Assembly: GCA_950097015.1 (NCBI GenBank) | Contig: CATNEN010000030.1 | Span: 3,348,001 to 3,412,000, forward strand | From: Macrostomum hystrix | Lineage: Eukaryota; Animalia; Platyhelminthes | Direction: 5' to 3' | Length of the DNA stretch: 64,000 bases | In this document: positions 52,379 to 63,668 of the stretch, piece after piece | Layout: each line of letters starts with the position of its first letter | How positions within the stretch are numbered: the stretch's first letter is position 1 | Made by a program: the position numbers and the translations under genes | The notes under the pieces: model-generated | Databases searched by the model: none | Seen by the model: only the letters and a program-made list of their open reading frames with translations | What the model was told of the DNA's origin: nothing

Positions 52379-53975
52379 GGTGATGGCTTCTTTGTTGTGC
52401 AAAATATACTTACTCGCTATATAATCTTAATAAAATAGCAGGATCATCTGAAGTCAAAGCGAAATGGAGTCATGACACTTACGAATGAAAAGAACGCTAT
52501 GAAGATACAAATAAATTATTGTTTGGTAGAAATTAGAAAAGCCTCAGTTTTTTGTTTGTAAAAACTTAAGGGATTTTGCGAATTGATAATATTTTGTTAG
52601 TTCATGTATTAAAAATCAAACACCGAGAAAATTTAATCCTGTCTTATACGAGGATTACGATGCCGAGTGCTCACCAATAGCAATTTTGTCATGTCAGATC
52701 TATAGCCTACAAAATGTATCTATACACTAAAATGAGCATTTGAAAGGGCATATACAACTTTAGATGCTTTGTTTGATTGGGCACGTCAAGTTGTCAATAC
52801 TGATTGTCAAATACTAAGGCTTTTAATCGAGAAGCTAAGCAGGATTTAGTTTTTACTGTTGTTTTATTACTTTCCTTTGTGAAACATTTTATTGCATCAA
52901 TTTTCTATAGTATCGAACTCAAATATAATTGCGAACATCTCGTCGAGAAAAAAATTGTTTCTGGAATGTACTGACTTAAAGGCGACTGTATAGAGGTTAG
53001 TAAACTTTTTGTCAAGTAAATTAATTATCTGGTAATTTAAATTTAATTTACACTCTATCCCTCAATTCCTCTCCCAGTTTCACTTTAAAATATAGTTTTT
53101 GTGTTAAAAAACGCAACAATTTCGAAAATATGGGATTAAACTTGACTTATTATAAATCCAGGAGCAAAACTAAATATTAATCTAAATATTAGAATTTTTC
53201 CTTTTCCATCTAAATATGGCATAGCGCGAGTAAATTGTGCGCTGCGGCAGAACCGAAGAATGAGAGCATGAACCGATCAAATGAGCTAAATCTAACACGC
53301 AGAGCCGAAGTCCATCGATAAGAGATAGACGACGGCTTAGTCGCTTTGAGATCCAAGCACCATATGTGCTTTCATATCAATATCAATGTGAAGGGCAAGA
53401 AAAAATAGTTAAAAAGGCTCAGAGGCCAAGCTAGCTATACATTTAAAATCGAAGCTTATAGCCAGAGTAAATGCTGGGGTAGAAAAAATGTGCTATGCAA
53501 AACAGCTGGATCCCGGGATTGACAACTGGAACATTGTGCAGAACTGTGCAGATCTCGACTCAAGCCATTTATTGTCTCCCGTTGACAGTGAGTCGAGTGA
53601 CTTAATCAAACTGTGCTCAGCCCGAACCAACCGACTGCAGCGCCGGAAAGTTTTTGGGATTAACAACCTCTTCCCCCCTGCACCTCTTTGTAAGCTGAAA
53701 GAGAGAAACGGCAGCTCTTCCTATTGAACACAGCAATGGCAACTCCAGCTATTTGAACATTTTCGATGTAGATTTCTCAAGCGGCAGAGGGACGAACTTG
53801 CATAGAGGGGGCGGTTATTTAATATCGATTGAACTGCACAACCCCTAAACCCAAAAATTCCCAAAAATGCCATAAAAATAGAAGAACCAAGCCAAGTTTG
53901 TAAGCAGTTAGCTACCTCAAGCATAGTCTCAACAGGATCATAGAAAAATAGCTTCGCCTAGATCAACGGGTTAGA

Positions 53976-56900
53976 ATGTCTGGCAGCTGTGCACTGTGGC
54001 TAGCTGCTGCTGTTTTTGTTACATTAACTGGCGGTGCCCATAGCTGGTATCAGCTGAGTAAGTGAGATCATTCTGTTCATGTCTTCATACTTATTGTATG
54101 AGTTCTTTCCGTTTTAAAATTTATATTTCAGTACAGAAATGTTCTTTTATTCAACATCACAGATTTTATCAAACAATCTTATCCTAGTTTGAAGACCCAC
54201 AAAGATTATTAGCTAGACTAACTAGACACCAACTTGGTAGCAAACAGGCCGAAGGTCGAAGTGTTTAGTCGTAGGAGAGTTCTGTCGATGGTCAACATCA
54301 GGTGCCAACATCAGGTCAGCTGGCAGTGAATGAAGCTCCGTCATGAGGATGACTTCAATGACGACGAAGCACGCCGATACTCAGCGGGCAGCAGAGGCAG
54401 GCATGCCGTCAGCCAGCCACTGCGTCCACCGCTGTCCACCAGGCTAGTCCAGAAGCATCTCCATGCGGGCAGGCGGACGGCCGCCGAGCAACTGAGCTCA
54501 GCCCAGCCGAGCTCCTGGTCCGCCGTTGTCGCCTCGATTCCTCCGCCGGATCGACGATAGACTCGCAGCCGCAGGGCGCATGTGTGCGCCGCACCAAACG
54601 GTGCCGAGAATCTGGCGACGCTGCGCCAGGCGGCCTCCGGAGGCGAGTGGGCCGCTTCTCCCTTCCGCCTATGAAGCCGCCGCCGACGCAGCTGCGCCGG
54701 CTCGCTCCACCAGTCGGCCAGCAGTTCGCCAGTGGCGCGCAGCACCAGCTGCAGGCGAACCAAAACTCGACTGTCCAGACCAGCGAGGCCGGCCCAGCAG
54801 CCGCGAGAGTCCCAGTAGCGCAGATCCTTGACGGACAATCGGCCAGAACGACGCCCGAGCCGCAGCGCCAGATCGATGTGGTCCCGGCTAGCGGAGTCGA
54901 CATCTCCCGCTGGCGCTTCCAGATAGCGCCAGAACAGGACGCCGTCAGTGCGCAGGCGAGCCTGGGGCAGGCAGCGCAGCGTCACGGCTGTCTGGCCGAT
55001 GAGGCGGCCGAGACGTGCCGATTTGGCGCCGTCGCGCAGCTCGAACAGCAGAGCCAGGTGCAGGTCTGTAGCCGTCAACAGCGCCTCGTCGAATTGATTG
55101 AACTCAAATGACTCTAGCCAGACCGGTTGGCAGGTTAGGATTCGAGCTCTGGTGCGCATCGGCAGCTCGTCTGGAGCCTTCAGGCTGGGCAGAAACTTCA
55201 GCGACACGTACGGACAGAGGTTGCCGCTGTTGGGCTGCAGGTCTGAGGCGCGAAACAGTTTCACCGTCAGCTTCTGCTGATGCGCCGAATAGTGAAAGCT
55301 GAGCAACAGTCGGCCCAATCCGGAGTCTTCTCCTGCGTTTGAAAGGAAATTTGTTGCATCTCCGACAATGACTAGCAGAAGGAAATACGGACTGACAAAT
55401 CAGCGGAGTGACAAAGCTACGGAGTGACACTGATATTGAGTGACAAAGCTACGGAGTGACAATGATATTGAGTGACAAAGCTACGGAGTGACACTGATAT
55501 TGAGTGACAAAGCTACGGAGTGACAATGATATTGAGTGACAAAGCTACGGAGTGACACTGATATTGAGTGACAAAGCTACGGAGTGACAATGATATTGAG
55601 TGACAAAGCTACGGAGTGACACTGATATTGAGTGACACTGATATTGAGTAACACTGATATTGAGTGACACTGATATTGAGTGACACTGATATTGAGTGAC
55701 ACTGATATTGAGTGACACTGATATTGAGTGACACTGATATTGAGTAACACTGATATTGAGTGACAAAGCTACGGAGTGACAAAGCTACGGAGTGACAAAG
55801 CTACGGAGTGACAAAGCTACGGAGTGACAAAGCTACGGAGTGACAAAGCTACGGAGTGACAAAGCTACGGAGTGACAAAGCTACGGAGTGACAAAGCTAC
55901 GGAGTGACAAAGCTACGGAGTGACAAAGCTACGGAGTGACAAAGCTACGGAGTGACAAAGCTACGGAGTGACAAAGCTACGGAGTGACAAGCTGCATCCG
56001 CGGCTCACCCAGCGTGTCGATGAGTCCCAGAGAGTCCAGCCGATGCAGCAGGGCAGCATCCTGGCAGCCGGGACGGCTGATGCGACCAACGGAGGCCGAA
56101 GCCGGTTCTCCTGAGGAGGTCACCGACGCGGTCGCCAAGCTGGAATCGTTTATGAGGGCCAGATTGAGAAACTCAGAGAAAACAGGAACTACAATTCAAC
56201 ATAAAAACCGCAGCCCAGATAGTTCAGCGCTAAATAATGCAGGGGCTTATTGTAGGAGTGAAGAGCGCCAGAAACAAAAACAGGATAAACAATGAAAAAT
56301 GAGATGGCAGAGGTTAAGAATGCGCAGGTGAGCTGTGCTTAGGCTCATTGGCTCTCTCGCAAATTATGTAATCGAGGTCAGGCAGCAAAAATTTCTGGCC
56401 AGTTTTTAGTTTCCAGTTGGGTAGGGGTTGGTGGCAGAGCGGTTAACGCGTTTGCCTCTCGCACCAAGGTCCCTAAGCTCGATTCCGCGGCGAGGCCACA
56501 TTCATTTGCGCCCTTAAGGGCCAACCTCCAAGGCACAATGAGAGTGTACACTGCCTGACAATGAGAAAGTTAGGGCAGATGTACACACCTGTTTGACCGA
56601 GTGCCTGCGTACGGTATCTGTGTGCGTGTGTGCTAAGGAGTCAGCGAAAGGGGCAGAATTGCCTCCTCGCTGGCTGCAGGTCTAGTGTCACCAAATGATG
56701 AGACATTGCCCGCAGCCTCCTGCAACTGCAAGTATACTTACTTACCTACTAGCCCAGTTGGACAAGATGTACAGCCAGCTATTGCGCTTCGCTTCCAAAA
56801 GCTGTGTACAGCTCTTCAGTCTATGGACTGATGAGGCCGTCACAACCGCCAAAAAATTCTCCTTGGCTGAGATTCGAACTCCCGACCTCTTGGTCAGAAT

Positions 56901-58945
56901 CCCGAAGCTCCAACCAGTGGTAGATAAACAATACTCAATTTTAGTCCCTAAAAGCAAGCAAGCAAACCAACAAGGTTTTAATTAGTATATTTGATAACGG
57001 AATAAAACTTACATCGATGGATAGCATTAAAAGAGTATGGGAATAACCATACAAAGTTGGGATATTTCTAGGGCATGACATCGAAAAAGGGAACAAACGA
57101 CATTTCGTAGGATTGAATCGAAAATATAATGACACTTTTTAACTCCTGTTGTCAATCAAAAACTATGTATAACTCAACTTTGTTGCCATGTGCTCAGCCG
57201 ACCTACTGACCTCCTGCAACGGGGCACCAGCGCCATCGGAGACCGGCATTGTAAGCGCCCAGGGCTTCACAGACGGCACCCTGGCAGACTGTCACCTGCT
57301 CTTGGAGACAATGCCAAATAGGCAGATGGTACTGTCCATTGAGAATCTGCAGGTGCGCAATATGCACCTCTTCCATAGACGGTGCGACAACTACATACAG
57401 ATCCTCACAGGTTCGAGTGGACTCAAATTCATTCTAGTACTTTCTCTCGTCACATTCAAGGTCAAATTATGCGGCCTTTGTTGTTAACGCAGGTCCGCAG
57501 GCCAACAACACCGTTAAACCGCTGAGCAGGAAAATCTGTTCTCACGTGCGCGACCAGCAGGAGTTCATTGTGACAGATAAATTTGTCCGCATTCAGCTGC
57601 ATACTGGCGGCCCCAGATATGTGCACTTTCGGCTGGCCTTCACAAACGCTGTGCCGGGTGAGACCCGCTCACTCAAGTGACAATGCTGGGAAGAGAGTGA
57701 CATTGTTAGGCAAGAGAGTGACAATTATGGGCAAGAGAGTGACCATGCGAAGGATAGAGTGGGAAATGTTGAGTAAGAGAGTGAGTGACAAGGCCAAGGA
57801 AAGAGTGAAAATTTGGGGAGAGGGAGTGACAATGCGAAGGAAAGGGTGACAATGTGAAGGAAAGAGTGACATTGCGAAGGATAGAGTGGGTAATGTTGGG
57901 TAAAAGAGTGACAACGTCAAGGAAAGAGTGAAAATGCGAGGTGAGGGAGTGACAATGCGGAGTAAGAGAGTGACAATGCGGGGAAGTGAGTGACTTTGTG
58001 GGGAAGAGAGTGACATTGGAGGAGAGACAATGCGAAGGAAAGAGTGGCAATGTGGGGGAAGGGAGTGAGGTCCGGGGTTCGAATCCCAATCCATGGGGGA
58101 AAATCGATAAGCAAGGCACTTCAATTCCCCAATGCCTCAGCTCATTCATATGTAAAATGGATTACCAGCATTAGCTGGGGTGTTGGCGGCCTCTACAGTC
58201 CATGGACTGAACAGGCTGTGATCTCTGGCTTTACGAGTAGGAAGGGTAGGACGGACAGAATGAAGCAGAGACAGATTTTTACGTTGACTTTATTTAAATA
58301 CTAGAGTTTTACTAAAATATACATATTCCAATTAATTGGCAGCATCCAAGTGCAAGGAGGACATGTTCAGGTGCAAGAACAACCGTCTTTGCATCGATAA
58401 AAGCCTCGTGTGCGACAAGCACAACAACTGCGGCGACTACAGCGATGAGAATCACGAGCTTGTGCAGTGCCAGAGTGAGTGGGGAGATGGGCTGCGAGCT
58501 TTTCTAAGGAGTATCTAGGGTTTCGGGTTAGGGTTAGGGTTAGGGTTAGGGTTAGGGTTAGGGTTAACCAATGATATATTTGATAGGTAAGCTGTCCCCG
58601 ATCAGATGATTTTTGATGGCTGTTTTTGGTGGCCAATCAGATAAATAATGGCAGGTCAATTTACCTAAAAAGTGAGTGACAGGGAGCTGAGACTACTAAG
58701 ATACGAGCTAGTTATTGACATTTATCTATGACTTATCAGGCAATGAGTGACATGGTGAGATAAAGACGCTTGTTTGTAACTATAGCATTAAACCCGCAGT
58801 AATCACATATTACCACGTGCACCTGGCGGTGTCCCTGGCCTGCAGTCTAATAGTCCTACTAACGCTTGGCTTTGCCATATTCTACTGCACTCGGCCGCGC
58901 GAGCCGCGCTGGTACAGACTACGGAAGTCCGCACCGCCTACTTGA
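53976..58945 (+). CDS. Type I membrane protein: signal peptide + CUB-like + LDLa + TM + short tail, ~245 aa. Exons 53976-54057, 57198-57410, 57493-57657, 58343-58474, 58800-58945
   Basis: Signal peptide MSGSCALWLAAAVFVTLTGGAHS; CUB-like pattern (C...GIVSAQG...DCHLLL...VLSIENL...CDNYIQI...KIC...FRLAF); canonical LDLa CKEDMFRCKNNRLCIDKSLVCDKHNNCGDYSDE; TM LAVSLACSLIVLLTLGFAIFYC. All introns are phase 1 and the exons total 738 nt. Confidence 0.8.
54341..56139 (-). CDS. Synaptotagmin-like C2-domain protein, 5'-incomplete. Exons 56009-56139 and 54341-55332; upstream exon(s) not located
   Basis: LGRLLLSFHYSAHQQKLTVKLFRASDL...PYVSLKFLP...PVWLESFEF...LIGQTAVTL is a C2 pattern, followed by a second, degenerate C2-like segment (IDLALR...GRLSV...ELGWAEL). 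GT-AG junction is phase 1. Confidence 0.7.
55404..55990. repeat. Compound minisatellite of two 16-bp units, GGAGTGACAAAGCTAC and TGAGTGACACTGATAT
   Basis: Read directly; lies in the intron of the C2 gene. Confidence 0.96.
56425..56745 (+). mobile_element. tRNA-headed SINE, family B, near full length
   Basis: A box TGGCAGAGCGGTTAA and B box-like GCTCGATTCC; body collinear with 47420-47715 and with the reverse complement of 60915-61255. Confidence 0.78.
57690..58050. repeat. Degenerate ~19-20-bp repeat built on AGAGTGACAATG (CUB-LDLa intron)
   Basis: Recurring GAGTGAC cores with diverged spacers. Confidence 0.8.
58045..58230 (+). mobile_element. Diverged SINE family A-related copy
   Basis: GGTTCGAATCCC, then GCAAGGCACTT...GCCTCAG...TGTAAAATGG and CAGTCCATGGACTGAACAG. 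Confidence 0.6.
58528..58566 (+). repeat. Interstitial telomere-type repeat (TTAGGG)6
   Basis: Six exact TTAGGG units plus a partial unit. Confidence 0.9.
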
Positions 58946-60914
58946 GCCAATAAGAGTTGCCTGGAGCCACATCATACAAGTCAATGACTTTTGGAAGCTA
59001 TTACTATTACATTCTATTAGTATGATACAAATATTTTTTTATAACTAGAGGAGCTAGAGGAAGACTGAAAGCACTGCTACTGAGAATGAATAACAGAAAA
59101 ATGCAATTATTACCCGCAACTTTTTTGCAAATAAGCCTTTAAAACTCTTATTGGCTATCGTGGGTTGACTTGCACCTATTTTTAGAACAAACTGGGTCGG
59201 AAACCCCTATTTAAGCAAACACAACCATATTTTGCCCTAGCTCGTGACTCACCACAGCTAATGAAAGTTAAGCTATGCTATTTTTAGAACAAACTGTAGG
59301 AGAAACCCCTTTCTAACCAAACACGTGACTTATCTCAGCCTATGAAACTTATAAAGCCAGTTTCACTAAATAAGAGTGCTGTGCAGTTTTATTATTCTAA
59401 ACAATCCATGTTAATCTTTCTAATGCACTGTTACAGCATTTACGGGTGTGTTATTGTCCATCACTAAACTACGTGTATTAACATTAGGACTACCAAACCA
59501 TTTTGCCGCGCATTTTTATTCCAATAGTGGGGAGAAATTCCTGAACACCAGAATTTTTTGGCAGCGCCTGAATGCTAACAACGTTGGCTGGTGACTGATT
59601 AGTTGACAGACTAGGCGATGGTGTCCTGTGTTTGAGCTGCGCCTAATATTTAGGTAAGTAAAATTTTATAAGTAAAATTGGAGAAATTCGCGTCAGGGTG
59701 TCCATAGTGGCCTAGTTCCACCTGTTGTAGCCCTTGAAGGTCCAGCAGTCCGTCTAGATAAAGCTCGGTGACCACCGAAGATGGAGATGATGCAGGCACA
59801 TTCGGGTGACGTGCTGATTTGAAGGCCTGGCAAGGCCGCACTGAGGCGCAGTGCTAATTCGTGTATAGGGGTGAATGAAATACACTAGCGCTTATGGGAA
59901 AAATCGGACCTTCGGCCAGAACCATTGAATATCTCGACGGTCTGAAGAGCTGGCGACTTGATTATTGTTTCAGAAGATGCGCAGCAAAAAGTTGGCCCGT
60001 GTTCTCGAGTTTCGTGTGCTTGCGTTGCTCCGTTCGGGTGCAGAACAAAAATTTGTTTGCGGAAGGGGGTAGTTCTGCTGTTAATCCAGTGTGTTTCAAA
60101 TTAGTTAGGAATACATGTTTTAGTTCTTTCTCACTTTTTGTTTGTCACCATATCAAAAAGTTTCTTGAAAAATAAATCTTTACGGAGTAATACTGATCGT
60201 ATACTTTTGATGTAAATCAAAACGTTTGTCAAACTGTTTAAATTGAATGCAATATAAAAAATTATTAAGTAAACACCACTCAATAGGTAAAAAATGGAAA
60301 TCCTACTAGAATCATCTGCGCAATGGTTTGTTTAACTGAGCTGATCAATTTCTGCATGATTTTCTCGTTGAAATTACAGAGTATAAAGGTGAGAGGAATT
60401 AGCAATTCAATCGTAACTTGCCAGCACTTTGCAATATGTTTAAAAGATCACATTTAGTTTGCTAGCCAACAAAAATATCGTAGTAGATTTTCGTGGGAAA
60501 AGCAAACTGGTTTAACCTCTACATTAATCTGGCGGCAGTTTGTCTGAAAAATATGAATTATGAACACCAGAGCAACCCAGGAAACAATGCTCCAGATTGA
60601 GCGACTGATGCAGACTAATGCCGGATGCCAGCATAATTAACCTTCTGTGGCCACCTGAGAAACTGTCATATGTATGCATATTTTTGAAAGAACATATTTT
60701 GCTGTAGAATAAAAGCCGTACACAGGAAATAGTAGTAAATAATTAAGGTAATATAATAACAACGGAAAATAACAGAAAAATTGAAATAGAAAATTAACAT
60801 TTATATTACTTTTCCCGATTTTTTACAATCCGTACTTTTTTATTTTTGTATATTTCTAATATTTTGCGAATACATTTTATATGATCATATTATAAGAAGT
60901 AATAATAATAATAA

Positions 60915-61255
60915 TAATACTAATTGCAGCAGGGCTGCGGGCAATGGCACATCATTTTGTGACAGTAGACCCGCAGCCAGCGAGGAGGCAATTGTGCCAA
61001 TTTCGCTGACTCCTGAGCACACACTCAGATACCGTACGCAGGAACTTGGTCACACAGGTGTGTACATCTGCCCTGACTTTCTCATCGTCAGGCAGTGTAC
61101 ACACTCACTGTGCCTTGGAGGTTGGCCCTCAATGGCGTAAATTGCACGACAAGCCCCCAAGCCTTCTCTCCGCGTCTGCGCCCCAAATGAATGTGGCCTC
61201 GCCGCGGAATCGAGCTCAGGGACCTTGGTGCGAGAGGCAAACGCGTTAACCGTTC
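60915..61255 (-). mobile_element. SINE family B copy
   Basis: Reverse complement is collinear with 56425-56745; (TAA)n tail on the left. Confidence 0.78.
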
Positions 61256-61988
61256 TGTCACTCACCCCTTGAGAATTAATAGCAATAATTATGAATATCA
61301 TTGAAAAAAAATAATTTCATACTAAATAATTGACGATGAAGTCATGCATAGCGAGTTAAACTCATGAAATATTTCACCTAAAGACACCACCTTTAGCCGC
61401 AGCCGATAAGTCAATAATGTGCAAGGCCCAATATTAGAGTTAGCAAAGCAAAAGCTAACTGAAAGCTGTTGTGCAAACTGTAGCGGACACCTTTGTAAAC
61501 AGATCATTCCGCACAGTAATTATACGCTTTCGCAACCAACTTGCTTCAACAGAATGGTACGGAGCTTATGTTGAACACTTGAGTGGATATTACTCGTATA
61601 TTTACCCACCAGTGGGAATTTTTAAGGTTTAATAATATTTAGTGCATGTAAGCCAACAAGAATTCTGAGTTAAGTGTGAATCTATACTCAATTAGCACCT
61701 GACAATCCCTTAAATATTCTAACACCTCTGCAAACAAACTCGCTCAAGCAAAGTGGGTAAAAATCAATAAATTTAAACGTATTAAGCACAGAATTTCAAT
61801 GATTCCAAAGACATCACTTCTTACCTGCGGGACTTGCTATTGCGAGAATGTAATCAGGTGGCTTAATTACTGCATCGTTTAAAGCCATGGTGATAATTCG
61901 AAAAATATTAACCGGAATTCTAGGAAAACAGCACGGATAATCCCACACCTAAAAATCAGTTCAATAGTAGAACAATTAAGCCTGCTAG

Positions 61989-63134
61989 TTATGCGTAGAA
62001 AAGAACTAGCAGGTTAATTACACTGAGAACAATGTAGCTTGCAAAGCAGACCACGCATTTGTGCTTCACCAGAAACGAAATAATCTTTTTCCACCCAGAT
62101 GGCGCTGACAATGAGGTGCGCGAATTTATCTTTAGAGCAGAAATGAAGGTAAAGGCGATGAGGATCAGCATCTGCACAATGAGAAACAGGCCAACTAGCG
62201 GAATCGTGTTCATCGACTTTGGTGCCGACTGTGACGCGATCAGCACATACAGGGTCATTGACATGATGATAGCGATGGACAGGTTCACGGGGTCGCTCTT
62301 GTCCCCAGCCAGGAACATGACGCTAGCGAGCAGCGACAGCAGCTCGAACGGCACAATGACCAGCACAGCGTAGTACATCCACTTTCGCTGCAGGTGAAAC
62401 TTGACTTCAACCATGGGAAATAGTCCATCTCCAATGAGATCCTGGCGAAGTTGCCAAGTGACGTTCCTAAGGTTCCACTCCCCGACTTGGTAGAGCTCGA
62501 GACCATTGTCCGGTGCACTGTTGTAGTTGACTGACACTGACAGGTTCAGCACGGAGCTGTCGGAGGAGACAGTGCCGATTTGAATGGCGCATTGCTGGCT
62601 GTCAAATGGGAATTGTCTCACATTGACAGCGCATGCGAACTGCACCACTGCGAATGTGTAAATCCTCACGTCGCCGGATGGCAACAGAAGTGCATCGAAA
62701 AACTTGCTGTTCCTGAGGTCGAAGATCTCGCCCTTGGAGTTGAGGAAGCCAATGTCCGGCAGCCAGACGCTGCTTCGGTCGACTCGCAAATGCGTGGCGC
62801 TGTCCGGAGCCGAAGAGTTCCAGGCCAGCCGGGGATCTGTCCAGGCCACCTCCAGCCAGCCAGAAAACTCCAGCATTTCCTTCTCATCAAGCCCGTAGAT
62901 GCTTTTCAGCAGGATTTTCATCGCCACCTGGGTCTGCTTGATTCCGTATTGGCTCGGAGACAACAGGACGTGGCACTGCGGCAGCGACTGCGGCCCGATC
63001 GACTCCGACAGAGAGCGGCAGGCGGCCACGCCAGCATTGATCGCTGGATCGATACTGGCAGATGGCGAAGCGAAGCTGCTGAGCAGAACCAGCAATTTAA
63101 ACAATTCGATTTCCTTCCTTGACTTGAAGTTCAT
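61989..63134 (-). CDS. Intronless Cys-loop ligand-gated ion channel subunit (nAChR-superfamily, divergent). Likely start at 63134; the ORF extends to 63227
   Basis: Hydrophobic leader (LFKLLVLLSSFASPSAS), GWLEVAWTDPRLAW, VWLPDI, Cys-loop C-x13-C CAVNVRQFPFDSQQC, GEW, pre-M1 LQRKWMYY, and four TM helices. Confidence 0.92.
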   Translation of the reverse strand: MNFKSRKEIELFKLLVLLSSFASPSASIDPAINAGVAACRSLSESIGPQSLPQCHVLLSPSQYGIKQTQVAMKILLKSIYGLDEKEMLEFSGWLEVAWTDPRLAWNSSAPDSATHLRVDRSSVWLPDIGFLNSKGEIFDLRNSKFFDALLLPSGDVRIYTFAVVQFACAVNVRQFPFDSQQCAIQIGTVSSDSSVLNLSVSVNYNSAPDNGLELYQVGEWNLRNVTWQLRQDLIGDGLFPMVEVKFHLQRKWMYYAVLVIVPFELLSLLASVMFLAGDKSDPVNLSIAIIMSMTLYVLIASQSAPKSMNTIPLVGLFLIVQMLILIAFTFISALKINSRTSLSAPSGWKKIISFLVKHKCVVCFASYIVLSVINLLVLFYA

Positions 63135-63668
63135 TTTTTCCTTTTTTAGAGCCGTTTTGTGCCGTTGGTCCATACAAAGAGCGAGCTGGGCAGGGCTCTG
63201 TTCCAGGATGCCTTCTGTTTTAAGCATGAAGGTTAGAGCAATCTGCTTTCATTTATCGATTCTGAGTTGTGGAGGATGGCAGTCTAATAGTCCACTCACA
63301 CAAATGAGCCAGTATGGACAGGGCAGTCCACTTATTATATGCTGGCTGGAACTAGCTGTTTTGGCAATTCTCCGACTGCTTCATATTCCCTAATATAATA
63401 ATAATAATAATTCTCTAATAAAGACTGAAATAATTCACTCTTTGTGTACCTTACTTGTGTACAAGAGTTCTACTCAGAGATTTCAACAGTTCAGATAAAT
63501 TTCCTGTTTACCTGCATGGTCCTTCCACTTAAAACCAAAACTCATGAGGTTTTCAGTAAATATGACTGTAAAGTGATGTCTTGCGCTAAGAAGCAACAAG
63601 TGCTCAAACTTAGATTCTGCAATTGTATTGAAAGTTTTTTTAGCTCGCATGCAAAAGATAAATAATAA

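Noticed and set aside
57353-57378. Possible 26-nt intron in the CUB exon
   Set aside because: Very short and would break the frame; read-through gives a sensible CUB sequence.
59650-59841. Minus-strand ORF as candidate upstream exon of the C2 gene
   Set aside because: The apparent donor is phase 0 whereas the acceptor at 56139 needs phase 2; no domain support.
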